Position numbers and translations under genes: made by a program. Under the pieces are notes generated by a model, which was not told the origin of the DNA, made no database searches, and saw only the letters and a list, made by a program, of their open reading frames with translations. Shown in pieces: positions 10,390 through 19,256 of a stretch of 37,431 nt of DNA (positions are counted from its first letter, which is position 1; every line of letters starts with the position of its first letter). The DNA is from an uncultured Phycisphaerales bacterium (GTDB lineage Bacteria > Planctomycetota > Phycisphaerae > Phycisphaerales > SM1A02), in the NCBI GenBank assembly GCA_938084645.1, contig CALKEP010000072.1, forward strand, positions 1 to 37,431, written 5' to 3'.

Positions 10390-11592
10390 ATGCAAACCCT
10401 GAAACGTGTGACCGTGACTCGATCGTTCCGCATGGGGGTGATCGCCCTCGGCGTCATCACGACTTTCGTCGCGACGGCCGTCGGAACCGCCTCCAGCCCG
10501 AAGGTGACGGCGCCGGCCGGGGTCGAAGAGGATTCCCTCCGACCGAACATGCTCTACAACCGGGTCGGACGACCGATCCCGGTGGTGCTTTCGCTTCGCG
10601 GTCGGACCGACGTGCCCGAAGACGGATTCGACCTCGTGCTGCTCGCCGCCGACGGCACCGTGCTCGACAGCGCGATCGGCGGCGATCCCGGCGAATTCGA
10701 TCTGCTCGAGGCGCTCCCCGCCATCGCGGAGCTGACCGCCACCGCGCGGGTCCAGGTCATCGCGGACGGCGTCGCGACCGGCTCACCGCTGGTGATCCAG
10801 CCCATGATCGGTCGAACGCCGGTCCGCACCACCCGCGACTACCGTCCCGGGACCACGGACCCGTACACACGGATCATCGGCTTCGGTGAGGACCTCCTCG
10901 ATCCCGACGACCTCTCGGATGCCGCGGCGCTCGAACGGGCGAAGGCCGCTCCCGACTGGGATCCCGGCGAACCACCCGTGCTGACCGGATTCCGCGTCTA
11001 CCCCGATCGCGATGTCCTGGTCGAAACCGGTTTCGGCCCGATCCGCGTCGCGCTGGCGCCGGAAGCCGCCCCGAACACCGCCTGGAACTTCCGCCACCTC
11101 GCCGAGAACGGTTTCTACGACGACACGACGTTCCACCGGGTCGTGCACTTCGACCGCACTGGTCGGCGGTTCGTGATCCAGGGCGGCGACCCGAGCGGCA
11201 GCGGCAACGGCAGTGCGGGTTGGGATCTCCCGATGGAACGATCCTCCCTCCAGCACGACCTCGGCGTCATCTCGATGGCCCGCGCCGATCATCCCGACAG
11301 CGCTGGAAGTCAGTTCTTCTTCTGCCTCGGACGCCCGGGCACCGCCCGGCTCGACGGCCAGTACTGCGCCTTCGGCTATGCGGTCGAGGGGGACGAGGCG
11401 ATCGCGGGCATCGCGGACGTCGAGATCGAGGACGTCGCCGCGGGTCGACCGGCCGAACCGCCGGTGATCACGCGAATGACCCTGGTCCCGGCCCCGCCAC
11501 AGACGCCCGGTGACGATCGCGCCGATCGTCGGATCCAGTCCTGGTGGACGCCCGAAGTCGTCGACGAATCCGAGACTCGTCGACCTCGCTAG
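10390..11592 (+). CDS. Exported cyclophilin-type peptidyl-prolyl isomerase with N-terminal extension domain
   Basis: Signal-like N-terminus; FHRVV...FVIQGGDP, ISMAR..SAGSQFF, LDGQYCAFG. Confidence 0.88.
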   Translation: MQTLKRVTVTRSFRMGVIALGVITTFVATAVGTASSPKVTAPAGVEEDSLRPNMLYNRVGRPIPVVLSLRGRTDVPEDGFDLVLLAADGTVLDSAIGGDPGEFDLLEALPAIAELTATARVQVIADGVATGSPLVIQPMIGRTPVRTTRDYRPGTTDPYTRIIGFGEDLLDPDDLSDAAALERAKAAPDWDPGEPPVLTGFRVYPDRDVLVETGFGPIRVALAPEAAPNTAWNFRHLAENGFYDDTTFHRVVHFDRTGRRFVIQGGDPSGSGNGSAGWDLPMERSSLQHDLGVISMARADHPDSAGSQFFFCLGRPGTARLDGQYCAFGYAVEGDEAIAGIADVEIEDVAAGRPAEPPVITRMTLVPAPPQTPGDDRADRRIQSWWTPEVVDESETRRPR

Positions 11593-11602
11593 TGCATCGA
11601 TG

Positions 11603-11649
11603 AACGAAGCACCCCCTCGAACGCGGGACGTTCGAGGGGGTGCTTCGTT
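11603..11649. terminator. Bidirectional terminator-like hairpin between the convergent cyclophilin genes
   Basis: Perfect 21-bp inverted repeat AACGAAGCACCCCCTCGAACG / CGTTCGAGGGGGTGCTTCGTT with a 5-nt loop. Confidence 0.8.
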
Positions 11650-11681
11650 GTTCGCCGGACGGTCGAACGGACCCGGGTCGA

Positions 11682-12185
11682 TCAGGCGGTCTCGACGGCC
11701 TTGATGCCACCGGTCATGCGGGGCATCTCGCCTTCGGGGAAACCGTTGCCATCCTTCTTGACGCCGGCGATCGCCTCGACCACGTCCATGCCGTCGATCA
11801 CCTTGCCGAACGCGGTGTATTCACCGTCGAGGTGCTGGCAGCCACCGCGGCTCAGGCAGATGAAGAACTGACTTCCAGCGCTGTTCGGATCGGCGGACCG
11901 AGCCATCGACAGAACGCCTTCCTCGTGCTTCCTGTCGTTGAACTCGGCGTCGACGTTGTAACCGGGACCACCGGTGCCGGGCATGCCGTTCGCACCTTCC
12001 TTGGTGTTCGGGCATCCGCCCTGGATCACGAAGTTGTCGAGGATCCGGTGGAAGCCGAGGCCGTCGTAGAAGCCCTTCCCACCGAGGTCGAGCATGTTGT
12101 TGACGTGGTTGGGGGCGACGTCGTCCCAAAGCTCGACGGTGATGGTGCCCTTGTCGGTTTCGATGGTTGCCTGGGGGTAGGCCAC
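11682..12185 (-). CDS. Cytoplasmic cyclophilin-type peptidyl-prolyl isomerase
   Basis: FYDGLGFHRI..FVIQGG, LSMARSADPNSAGSQFFI, HLDGEYTAFGKV; GGAG before the GTG start. Confidence 0.95.
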   Translation of the reverse strand: MAYPQATIETDKGTITVELWDDVAPNHVNNMLDLGGKGFYDGLGFHRILDNFVIQGGCPNTKEGANGMPGTGGPGYNVDAEFNDRKHEEGVLSMARSADPNSAGSQFFICLSRGGCQHLDGEYTAFGKVIDGMDVVEAIAGVKKDGNGFPEGEMPRMTGGIKAVETA

Positions 12186-12283
12186 GGCGGTCTCCAGATA
12201 CGGGTTCGAGAATGCGAATTCGGAAGGATATCAGGACGGGCGAGCCGGCCGGAGGGGATGGAGGTCGTTCCCACCAGACCGCT

Positions 12284-13243
12284 TCAGGGCCCGATGCTCC
12301 GACCCTCGGTCGGGGTTCCGACCGCGGTCGGGAGGAGGTAGTTCCGTCCCTGATACATGGTGATCACGCCGCTGAGGAGGACCGCCGAGCCGACCCCCGC
12401 CTGCCGGGTCCGGCGGATCAGCCGCTCGAGTTCGAGACACGGAAGCAGCTGAACGCTCGACCCACCACCTCGTCGACCAGTGCCCTCGAGCACGAATCGC
12501 CAGATCCCGCTCGCGGGATCGCGGACCACGCGGCCTCGCCGCTGAACGAAGCGTGTCCCCGCCTTGAGGGCGGCAGGTTCGGTGGGCGGCGCCGCCAGCA
12601 CGTCGAGGCTGCGAGGGATCGCACCGATGCGGGACTCCAGCCTCGACTCGATCTCCGAGGCGTAGTCACGGTCGTCGGGATCGGCCGTGGTCTCCGGAGT
12701 CTCCGAGGCCGGCTCGACCGTCGAGGCTTCGACCCGATCGGCGTCAGCGCGACGAACCGGCACGATCGCGCCGGGGAGCAGGAAGTTCCGCCCCTGGAAG
12801 ACGAGCACTTTTCCCGTCACCTCGTACACCCCTGCCGTCGGATTCCCGCGGGCTGACGCCGGCTGGACCGACTCCAGGCGAACGAGGTCGTCGAGCCCTC
12901 GGCTCGGAAGGAGAATCAGTTCCCGGCGGATACCACCCGTCGCGGTGGCGAGCGGTCGATAGACGTGGACCCCGAGTTCCGCGTCACGCTCGATCTCCCC
13001 CTCGACCTTGACGAGGAACCCGCCTTCCCGAAGGAGGGGCGCCCGACCGCCGTCATCGATGTCGTCGGGCACGATCACCCGCCTCGTGGGTGGTGTGATC
13101 TCCGAGTCCGGGGTCTCGCGGGAAGGCGTCGGTTCGGAATCCTGCCCGAGGGCCGGCATCACGAGACCGGCGAGCAACATGGCCGGAAGGCCGGCCGCGA
13201 AGAAGCGCTGGATTCGATGCCGAGGAAGTCGCGTCGTGCTCAT
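12284..13243 (-). CDS. Exported hypothetical protein with an internally duplicated domain
   Basis: Signal peptide; two repeats ending LLP...QGRNFLLP and LLP...QGRNYLLP. Confidence 0.8.
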   Translation of the reverse strand: MSTTRLPRHRIQRFFAAGLPAMLLAGLVMPALGQDSEPTPSRETPDSEITPPTRRVIVPDDIDDGGRAPLLREGGFLVKVEGEIERDAELGVHVYRPLATATGGIRRELILLPSRGLDDLVRLESVQPASARGNPTAGVYEVTGKVLVFQGRNFLLPGAIVPVRRADADRVEASTVEPASETPETTADPDDRDYASEIESRLESRIGAIPRSLDVLAAPPTEPAALKAGTRFVQRRGRVVRDPASGIWRFVLEGTGRRGGGSSVQLLPCLELERLIRRTRQAGVGSAVLLSGVITMYQGRNYLLPTAVGTPTEGRSIGP

Positions 13244-13375
13244 GGTGGAATGCTACGTCGAATCGCCTCTCGCCAGTTCCCGGCCGGGGTCCGGATCCCC
13301 CCACCGGGAATTCCGGAGGTTCTTTCGGTGAAATGGGGGAATTCGAAGAGGCGGCCGGTCGCGGGCTGCCCGATA

Positions 13376-13381
13376 TATACT
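13376..13381 (+). promoter_or_regulatory. -10 element of the tRNA-Cys promoter
   Basis: TATACT ending 11 nt before the tRNA 5' end. Confidence 0.5.
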
Positions 13382-13392
13382 GTCGAGCCCTT

Positions 13393-13466
13393 GGCCGAGT
13401 ACCCAAGTGGACTAAGGGAACGGATTGCAAATCCGTGATTCGTGGGTTCGAATCCCACCTCGGCCT
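13393..13466 (+). tRNA. tRNA-Cys (GCA); CCA not encoded
   Basis: Acceptor stem GGCCGAG/CTCGGCC, anticodon arm ACGGA-TTGCAAA-TCCGT, T arm GTGGG-TTCGAAT-CCCAC, discriminator U. Confidence 0.97.
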
Positions 13467-13468
13467 TC

Positions 13469-13507
13469 GAACGACGCCCGCCTGCCACGGCGGGCGTCGT
13501 TCATTTC
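13469..13507. terminator. Terminator hairpin after tRNA-Cys, probably also serving the convergent gene block
   Basis: 14-bp stem GAACGACGCCCGCC/GGCGGGCGTCGTTC followed by ATTTC. Confidence 0.75.
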
Positions 13508-13562
13508 ATGGCCGGATGTCACAAGTCGGTCGTTGCGACGAACGAACTCGCCGTGGCGGGAC

Positions 13563-14432
13563 TCACTTCACGACGCCCCAGCTCGCCAGCAGCAATCCGA
13601 GATCGCCGCCGTTGACGACACCGTTCCGGTCGAGATCGCCCGGACAATCGTCGCACGGTCCCCAATCACCGATCAGGACGCCGAGGTCCGCCCCGTTCAC
13701 GATTCCATCGCCATTGATGTCCGCCGACTTCGCCGGCTTCGGACCCCACTCGACGATGAGCGTCGGAAGCACGGTCACGGCGGGGTTCTCCCGACTCGTG
13801 AGTTTGCAGGCGGTCTTCTCGATCGACTCGTCCCCGATCAGCATCCATCCATGGTTCGGCTCGCCTTCGATCCATGACTGGACGTCCGCCGCGAGCCCGA
13901 AGCCCTCGATGAAATACGGCCCGGTCCCGATGATCGCCGCCGATCCACTGGATTCGACGACGAAATCCCCACCAGGGTTGTCCCATGGTTCGGTGGGGAA
14001 GAACCGGTACCCCCAGGTCGCATCGCCCGGGGCGGCCGGTGCGCCGCCACCTCCCGGAGAGAACGATGAGGACTCGCCCCATTCGGCGAGACTCCGATGC
14101 AACGAGATCGGGGTCGGATACGCCCCATCCTGGGGACGACGAATCACCTGGATCCGGATTTTCGCGGAGAGCACGAACGCATCGGCCGGGATCCCGGAGA
14201 CGTCGAATCGGATCAGTGAACGCAACAGCGTGTTCGACGTGGCCTGCTCCTCGGAATCGGTCCGTCGGCCGACGAACAGCGCCGTCCCCGCACCGGACGA
14301 GAGATCGTCCGCGACCGGGCCGAAGATCGCCGTGTCCCGATCAGAAACGACCTCGTACGTATCGGCGACCGCGACCAACGAGACGGCGGGGACGGTGAGT
14401 GACGCTGCTACGACACGGAAGCTGAATCGCAT
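13563..14432 (-). CDS. Secreted DNRLRE-like domain protein with C-terminal dockerin-like duplicated tag
   Basis: Signal peptide; RSLIRFDVSGIP..A.V.SA, DVQSW...NHGWML; tail DINGDGIVNGADLGVLIGDWG-PCDDCPG-DLDRNGVVNGGDLGLLLASWG. Confidence 0.8.
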   Translation of the reverse strand: MRFSFRVVAASLTVPAVSLVAVADTYEVVSDRDTAIFGPVADDLSSGAGTALFVGRRTDSEEQATSNTLLRSLIRFDVSGIPADAFVLSAKIRIQVIRRPQDGAYPTPISLHRSLAEWGESSSFSPGGGGAPAAPGDATWGYRFFPTEPWDNPGGDFVVESSGSAAIIGTGPYFIEGFGLAADVQSWIEGEPNHGWMLIGDESIEKTACKLTSRENPAVTVLPTLIVEWGPKPAKSADINGDGIVNGADLGVLIGDWGPCDDCPGDLDRNGVVNGGDLGLLLASWGVVK

Positions 14433-14639
14433 TGGTCTGATCTCCGGTTTTGCTTCGAACGGTTGGAACCGTGGTGTGGACGTGCAGAGGATCCGCGCCC
14501 CCGGGTCAACGAAGGTTTCGACCGCATCCTAGCCTTGGAGTCAGGCCACGCCGGACAAGAAGCGAGAAAACGGGATTCGAATGGGGAAACGGCGGCGATG
14601 GCCCGCATCCACCTCGCGGATCATCGATCCCGAGGATAC

Positions 14640-15713
14640 TCAGGGCGTCCATTCCCCGAGCAGAACGCCGAGGTCGAAACCCGCGACGGTGCCGTCCCCG
14701 TCGAAGTCCGCGGCACAGCCGGTGCATGCACCCCACGAGGCCAGCAGGATTCCGAGATCGGCGGCGGTCACCCGCGCATCGCCGTTCAAGTCGGCGTCGG
14801 GCCCCGGTATCGGCGCGGGACGCGCCAACAGCCACGCGACCACTTCTTCCGCGAAACGCGTTCCGAACGGCGGATTGTGACCGGCACCAGGCACGGTCCA
14901 GAGCTCGGCCGATCCGCCCGCCGAACACGTCGACGCGTAGGTCGAGATCGTGGATTCCTCGCCACCGCCGGGAACGAGGTCGATCGAGCCTGCTCGAGGA
15001 TCCGGCGCCGCACCGCATCCGTTGTCCGCCGCGACGTAGCGCTGGGTCTCCACGGCGGAGGGGTAGCAGCCACCCGACACGAAGCAGCCGCCGTTGTAGA
15101 GCACGACCACGTCGAGCGTTCCATGCACCTGCAGCACATGAACCGGCGTCTCGAGGGCGCACGCGTCGGGGTCCAGATAGGTCGCCGAGGCGAGCGTGGC
15201 GATTCCCGCGAACAGTCCGTCGTGTTCGCAGATCATCCGATGGGCCATGAAACCACCGTTGGAGTGCCCGACGAGGTGGATGCGACGTGGATCGATCGCG
15301 TAGGCGGCGCCGACGACGTCGACGAGACCGCGGAGATAACCCGAGTCGTCCGGCGACTGGTTGAAGATGTCGCAGCAGGCCTCGGTGGCGTTCCAGTACC
15401 GCTGTCCCGTGAAGTTTCGACGGCCGTTCGGCAGACAGAGGATGAACCGCTGGGCATCGACCTGCGAGGAGAGCTGGAGATACGCCTCCTCGATCTCACC
15501 GGAGTAGGCGTAGGCATGCAGCAGCATGATCAGGGGAAGTGGTTCCGCAGGATCGAAGTCCGACGGACGCACGATGCGGACATCGCCCCGGCCTGCATCG
15601 ACGTACTCCGACTCTGCCGCGACGGCGTTCCGGATCGAGAACGGGCTCGCGAGGACCACCACCGCCATCGTGATCCATGTCGTCATCGTCGGCCGGGGTC
15701 GCTTGCGTTCCAT
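14640..15713 (-). CDS. Secreted alpha/beta hydrolase (PHB-depolymerase/LpqC-like esterase) with dockerin-like tag
   Basis: GHSNGG nucleophile elbow, HGTLD (Asp) and GAGH (His) triad motifs, WNA..CC; same C-terminal tag. Confidence 0.85.
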   Translation of the reverse strand: MERKRPRPTMTTWITMAVVVLASPFSIRNAVAAESEYVDAGRGDVRIVRPSDFDPAEPLPLIMLLHAYAYSGEIEEAYLQLSSQVDAQRFILCLPNGRRNFTGQRYWNATEACCDIFNQSPDDSGYLRGLVDVVGAAYAIDPRRIHLVGHSNGGFMAHRMICEHDGLFAGIATLASATYLDPDACALETPVHVLQVHGTLDVVVLYNGGCFVSGGCYPSAVETQRYVAADNGCGAAPDPRAGSIDLVPGGGEESTISTYASTCSAGGSAELWTVPGAGHNPPFGTRFAEEVVAWLLARPAPIPGPDADLNGDARVTAADLGILLASWGACTGCAADFDGDGTVAGFDLGVLLGEWTP

Positions 15714-15795
15714 GGGAGATGCTCTCCGGAAGGTCTCGACGACCCGGAAGCTGGAAACGGAACCCCGTTGATGCTCGATCGACGCTGCCGCCCGA

Positions 15796-16653
15796 TCAGC
15801 CGGTCCACTCGGCGAGCAACAGCCCGAGATCGGCGCCGTTCACGACACCGTTGTCGTCCAGGTCCTCCGGGCACCCGTCGCAAGGCCCCCAGGCCGCGAG
15901 AAGCAGACCGACGTCGGCACCGTTCACCAGCCCGTCGCCGTTGAAGTCGGCGGCCGGACCGCCTCCTTCCTCGAAGACGACGATCAACGTGGGACGGCTC
16001 GAGGCGTTGGCACTTTCGCGGCTCGCGATCTGCCGCACGGTCCGAGGCTCGGAGACGTCCGCGGTCATGACCCAGCCATGGTTCGCGCCACCGTCGATCC
16101 AACCCTGGACGTCCGCCGCGAGACCGTCACCGGTGAAGGTGTAGCTTCCATTGAAGTCGATCGACACCGAGCCGCTCTCGGTTCGCTGGAAGTCACCGCC
16201 GGGCGTCGCCCAGAAGGCGCCGGGATACGAGGTGTGGAACCAGGTCGCGTCGCCGTCCCGGCTCGGGGCGCCTCCCCCGCCTCCGGACGACGAGTCGCCT
16301 TCACCCCACGCCGCGTTGCAGCGGAAGAGCTTGAAAGGAACGTTGACGGGCGGCTGCGGAGGCGTCCGGGTGACCTGGATGCGAACCGAGGCCTCGACGA
16401 TCTTCGATCCCGCGGGAATCTCCGAGACGTCGAATCGGATCAGCGCACGTCGTTGCCAGTCGTCGTTCGCGGCGAAGTTGACGCGGCCGGCGTAGAGCGT
16501 CGAGCCCGATCCGGAGGAAAGCTCGCCATTCTGCGACTGGAACATCGTGTTGTCGCGATCCGCCACGATCGAGACTTCATCGGCGACGACCGTCGCGGAG
16601 GCTCCCGCGACGGCGACGATGGCGGTGATGGCGAACGGTGTACGGCTCTTCAC
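15796..16653 (-). CDS. Secreted DNRLRE-like domain protein with dockerin-like tag (paralog of 13563-14432)
   Basis: GTG start after AGGAG; RALIRFDVSEIP, GDATW, PGGDF and DVQGWIDG.NHGW match the paralog; same tag. Confidence 0.8.
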   Translation of the reverse strand: MKSRTPFAITAIVAVAGASATVVADEVSIVADRDNTMFQSQNGELSSGSGSTLYAGRVNFAANDDWQRRALIRFDVSEIPAGSKIVEASVRIQVTRTPPQPPVNVPFKLFRCNAAWGEGDSSSGGGGGAPSRDGDATWFHTSYPGAFWATPGGDFQRTESGSVSIDFNGSYTFTGDGLAADVQGWIDGGANHGWVMTADVSEPRTVRQIASRESANASSRPTLIVVFEEGGGPAADFNGDGLVNGADVGLLLAAWGPCDGCPEDLDDNGVVNGADLGLLLAEWTG

Positions 16654-16808
16654 GGCATGGCTCCTGGCGCTCTCGATGCGGCGCTTCGATTCGAATCCGA
16701 CGCGGCGATGGGACCGCCGGCATTGGGAACTACTAGTGGACAACATTCCACCCCTCGTGTCACTCGTTTACTTCGATTCCTGCATGATTCATGGGCGGCG
16801 GACATCGA

Positions 16809-18692
16809 TCAACCGGTCCAGAATCCGAGTTCCAGACCGAGATCCGCACCGTTCACCACCCCATCGTCGTTCAGATCCTCCGGGCAGTCCCGGCAAGGTC
16901 CCCAGGCGCCGAGAAGCAGGCCGAGGTCGGCCCCGTTGACGACGCCGTCGTCGTTGAAGTCGCCGGGCACCGGACCAGCCCCGCCGATGGTGACGACGAG
17001 CGTGAGCGTGATGTAGTGCGTGGTCTCGCCGGGGACGTCCTCATCGGTCGTCTGGATCGTCACGTCGGTCTCGTACACCCCTTCGCTCCGCCCCGCGGTG
17101 TTGAATCCGAATCGCAGCAGCCCGGGCTTGCCCGCGACGCTGGTTCCGAGTCCCTCCCAGATGAAGAACCCTCCACCGAGCCCGCTCGCCGCGTCGAGAT
17201 CGAGCGCGGACTGCACGTCGCTCCACCCCACGTTGTGGACCGGAACGTCGATGAAGATCACGCCTGCATCCGCTGGTGACGCCGCCTCCAAGGTGATGTC
17301 GGTGACCACCGATCCGCCCGACCACGACGGCACCGCGGGTCTGATTCCGAAACCGCTGCACGCGAGGTCGTACTCCGGCTGCGAGACGCCCGCGCTGGTC
17401 GCGGCGACCTCGACGGACGCCGTGAACTCGCCGGTGACGCCCGCCACGAGCGAGAACGACTGGGTGTCGAAGCTCGGGAGCAAGGGCGCGACCCCGTCTC
17501 CACCACCGACCAGGACGCCGTCACCGACGGCCGAGTACTCGAGGGGCGACGCCGCCTCCGGGGTCACGACCTGTCGTGCGTTCGCGATCAACGCGATGAT
17601 CGACGACGTGCCGCCACTCACCACGCGACCGAGATTGTCGTCGAGGACGCAGGTGAGCAGTCCCGGAACCATCAGGTCGGCGACCACCGGAATGTGGTCG
17701 CTCGCATCGTGCAAGGCATCCGCCAGTCCGTTGGAACGTGCGGTCTGACCGGGGAAATAGGCGTTGTTTCCCGTGTTGATCGAGACGTTGTAGTGATCGC
17801 CATCGTTCCCGAAGGAACGATAGGTCGAGGGCATGATCGAGAAACCGTCTCCGTCGAACAACGTCGGCGACAGCAGTTGAAAGTCGAAGCGATCGTCGAG
17901 GCCGCCACCCACCAGGGCGCCGCCGTCGAGGCGAGGACTCTGCGTGTGCTTGATCGCGTTGGACGCGCCGCTCCAACTCTCGGATCCGAGCGGGTCGTCT
18001 GCGCGCCCCGGACCGCTGGAGAGAAACTCAAGATAGGCCGGCTCGTTGTTCCCGTAGACGTTGAGATCGCCCGCGTAGATGATGTTGCTTCCCGCCGGCA
18101 GGGTGTCCGCGTCGTTCCGGATGGCGACCGCCCCGAGTCGGCGAATCTCCGCGTTCGAGCTCCCGCTGCTCGCCTTCAGGTGCATGCCGTAGATCCAGAG
18201 GACGCCGCCGTCGTCGTTGGAGCCCTGGATCCGCAGCTGCCAGCGATCGGTGTTCCGGCCCGCACCCGTCGGGATGTCACGGTGTCCCGCGGGGATCTCC
18301 TCGAAGAGATCGGATCGATAGATGAGCATCTGCGCGCCCCCCGACCCGTTCTCGGTGCTGCCGATCGTGAAGGTCGCCGTCTGGTAGGGAACGCCCGGGA
18401 TCGCGTCCCCGAGGATGTTCTCGATGGAGACGCGGGCGCTGTTGGTCACCTCCTGGAGGATCAGCACCGCCGGCGCCGTCGCGAACCCCGGGACGTCGTC
18501 GTCGGCCATCGCGACGAAGACCTCCTCGATCGCCTGCGGATCGCCGTTCAATCGGGCGATGTTCCAGTTCACCATGCGGACCTGGGCCGTGGTCGACGAG
18601 GCGAACCCCGCGACGATCAGCACCGAGGTGACGACGAGCCGCTGCAACGCGGTCGATGACGAGGGGATCGAATCAAGGGGACGAGATCGCAC
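16809..18692 (-). CDS. Secreted endonuclease/exonuclease/phosphatase-family protein with beta-rich (possibly Ig-like) modules and dockerin-like tag
   Basis: EEP motifs NWNI, LQEV, HLKA, GDLN, SDH; C-terminal tag DFNDDGVVNGADLGLLLGAWG repeated twice. Confidence 0.85.
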   Translation of the reverse strand: MRSRPLDSIPSSSTALQRLVVTSVLIVAGFASSTTAQVRMVNWNIARLNGDPQAIEEVFVAMADDDVPGFATAPAVLILQEVTNSARVSIENILGDAIPGVPYQTATFTIGSTENGSGGAQMLIYRSDLFEEIPAGHRDIPTGAGRNTDRWQLRIQGSNDDGGVLWIYGMHLKASSGSSNAEIRRLGAVAIRNDADTLPAGSNIIYAGDLNVYGNNEPAYLEFLSSGPGRADDPLGSESWSGASNAIKHTQSPRLDGGALVGGGLDDRFDFQLLSPTLFDGDGFSIMPSTYRSFGNDGDHYNVSINTGNNAYFPGQTARSNGLADALHDASDHIPVVADLMVPGLLTCVLDDNLGRVVSGGTSSIIALIANARQVVTPEAASPLEYSAVGDGVLVGGGDGVAPLLPSFDTQSFSLVAGVTGEFTASVEVAATSAGVSQPEYDLACSGFGIRPAVPSWSGGSVVTDITLEAASPADAGVIFIDVPVHNVGWSDVQSALDLDAASGLGGGFFIWEGLGTSVAGKPGLLRFGFNTAGRSEGVYETDVTIQTTDEDVPGETTHYITLTLVVTIGGAGPVPGDFNDDGVVNGADLGLLLGAWGPCRDCPEDLNDDGVVNGADLGLELGFWTG

Positions 18693-18818
18693 GGCGTGCT
18701 CCGATAACCCGGAATGGGCGTCACTTCGACGACGAAGGCCGCCCTGTCGATTCTACGACCGGGCGGTCCAATGTCGATTCGAACGCGTCGATTCCAGACG
18801 ATTCGCCGTGATTGTCGG

Positions 18819-19070
18819 TCAGGCGGCGCGCGGTCCGTCGTCACCGTGGTCGAAATCGCCCAGGCAGTGGAGTTCGCGGGCGAGATCCTCCATGCGCCGG
18901 GACGCCTCGTCCGCGACCCGGAGGACCTGTTCGACATCGATTCGAGCGGTCACGGGCGACGAATCGGTGAATCGATCGTTCTCACCGATGTTCACCGACG
19001 ATTCCTCGGAATCGACCGAGGTTCGCTCGTTGACCAGACGCCATCCGGCGGGCATGTTGACTCGACTCAT
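18819..19070 (-). CDS. Small acidic hypothetical protein
   Basis: Fills the gap between co-oriented genes; amphipathic helix 'IDVEQVLRVADEASRRMEDLARELHCLG'; start uncertain (19127, 19070 or 19055). Confidence 0.55.
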   Translation of the reverse strand: MSRVNMPAGWRLVNERTSVDSEESSVNIGENDRFTDSSPVTARIDVEQVLRVADEASRRMEDLARELHCLGDFDHGDDGPRAA

Positions 19071-19256
19071 GCGTGCATCCTTCCGAGGGCGTTCGTCACG
19101 ACGTTGGCGGCCCTCTACCGGATTCATCGGCGTCCGATCAGGCCGACTTTGGTGCGGCCGACGAACTTCGCGCGGATGGCGATCGGCCGTCTGGAAACGC
19201 CTGCTTCTCCCGAACCTCGAGGAGTCGGGGATTGGTTCTCGGACTCCCCCGGGGAC

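Noticed and set aside
8117..10402. 761-aa + strand ORF, and similar long ORFs at 35-1228, 1320-3011, 19743-21905, 27408-29267 and 29289-31010
   Set aside because: Antisense shadows of well-supported genes, expected in high-GC DNA; no recognisable motifs
13566..16970. Recurring nucleotide similarity at the 3' ends of four genes as a possible CRISPR array, DGR or mobile repeat
   Set aside because: Explained by the shared protein tag; no regular spacers, reverse transcriptase, cas or transposase gene in the window
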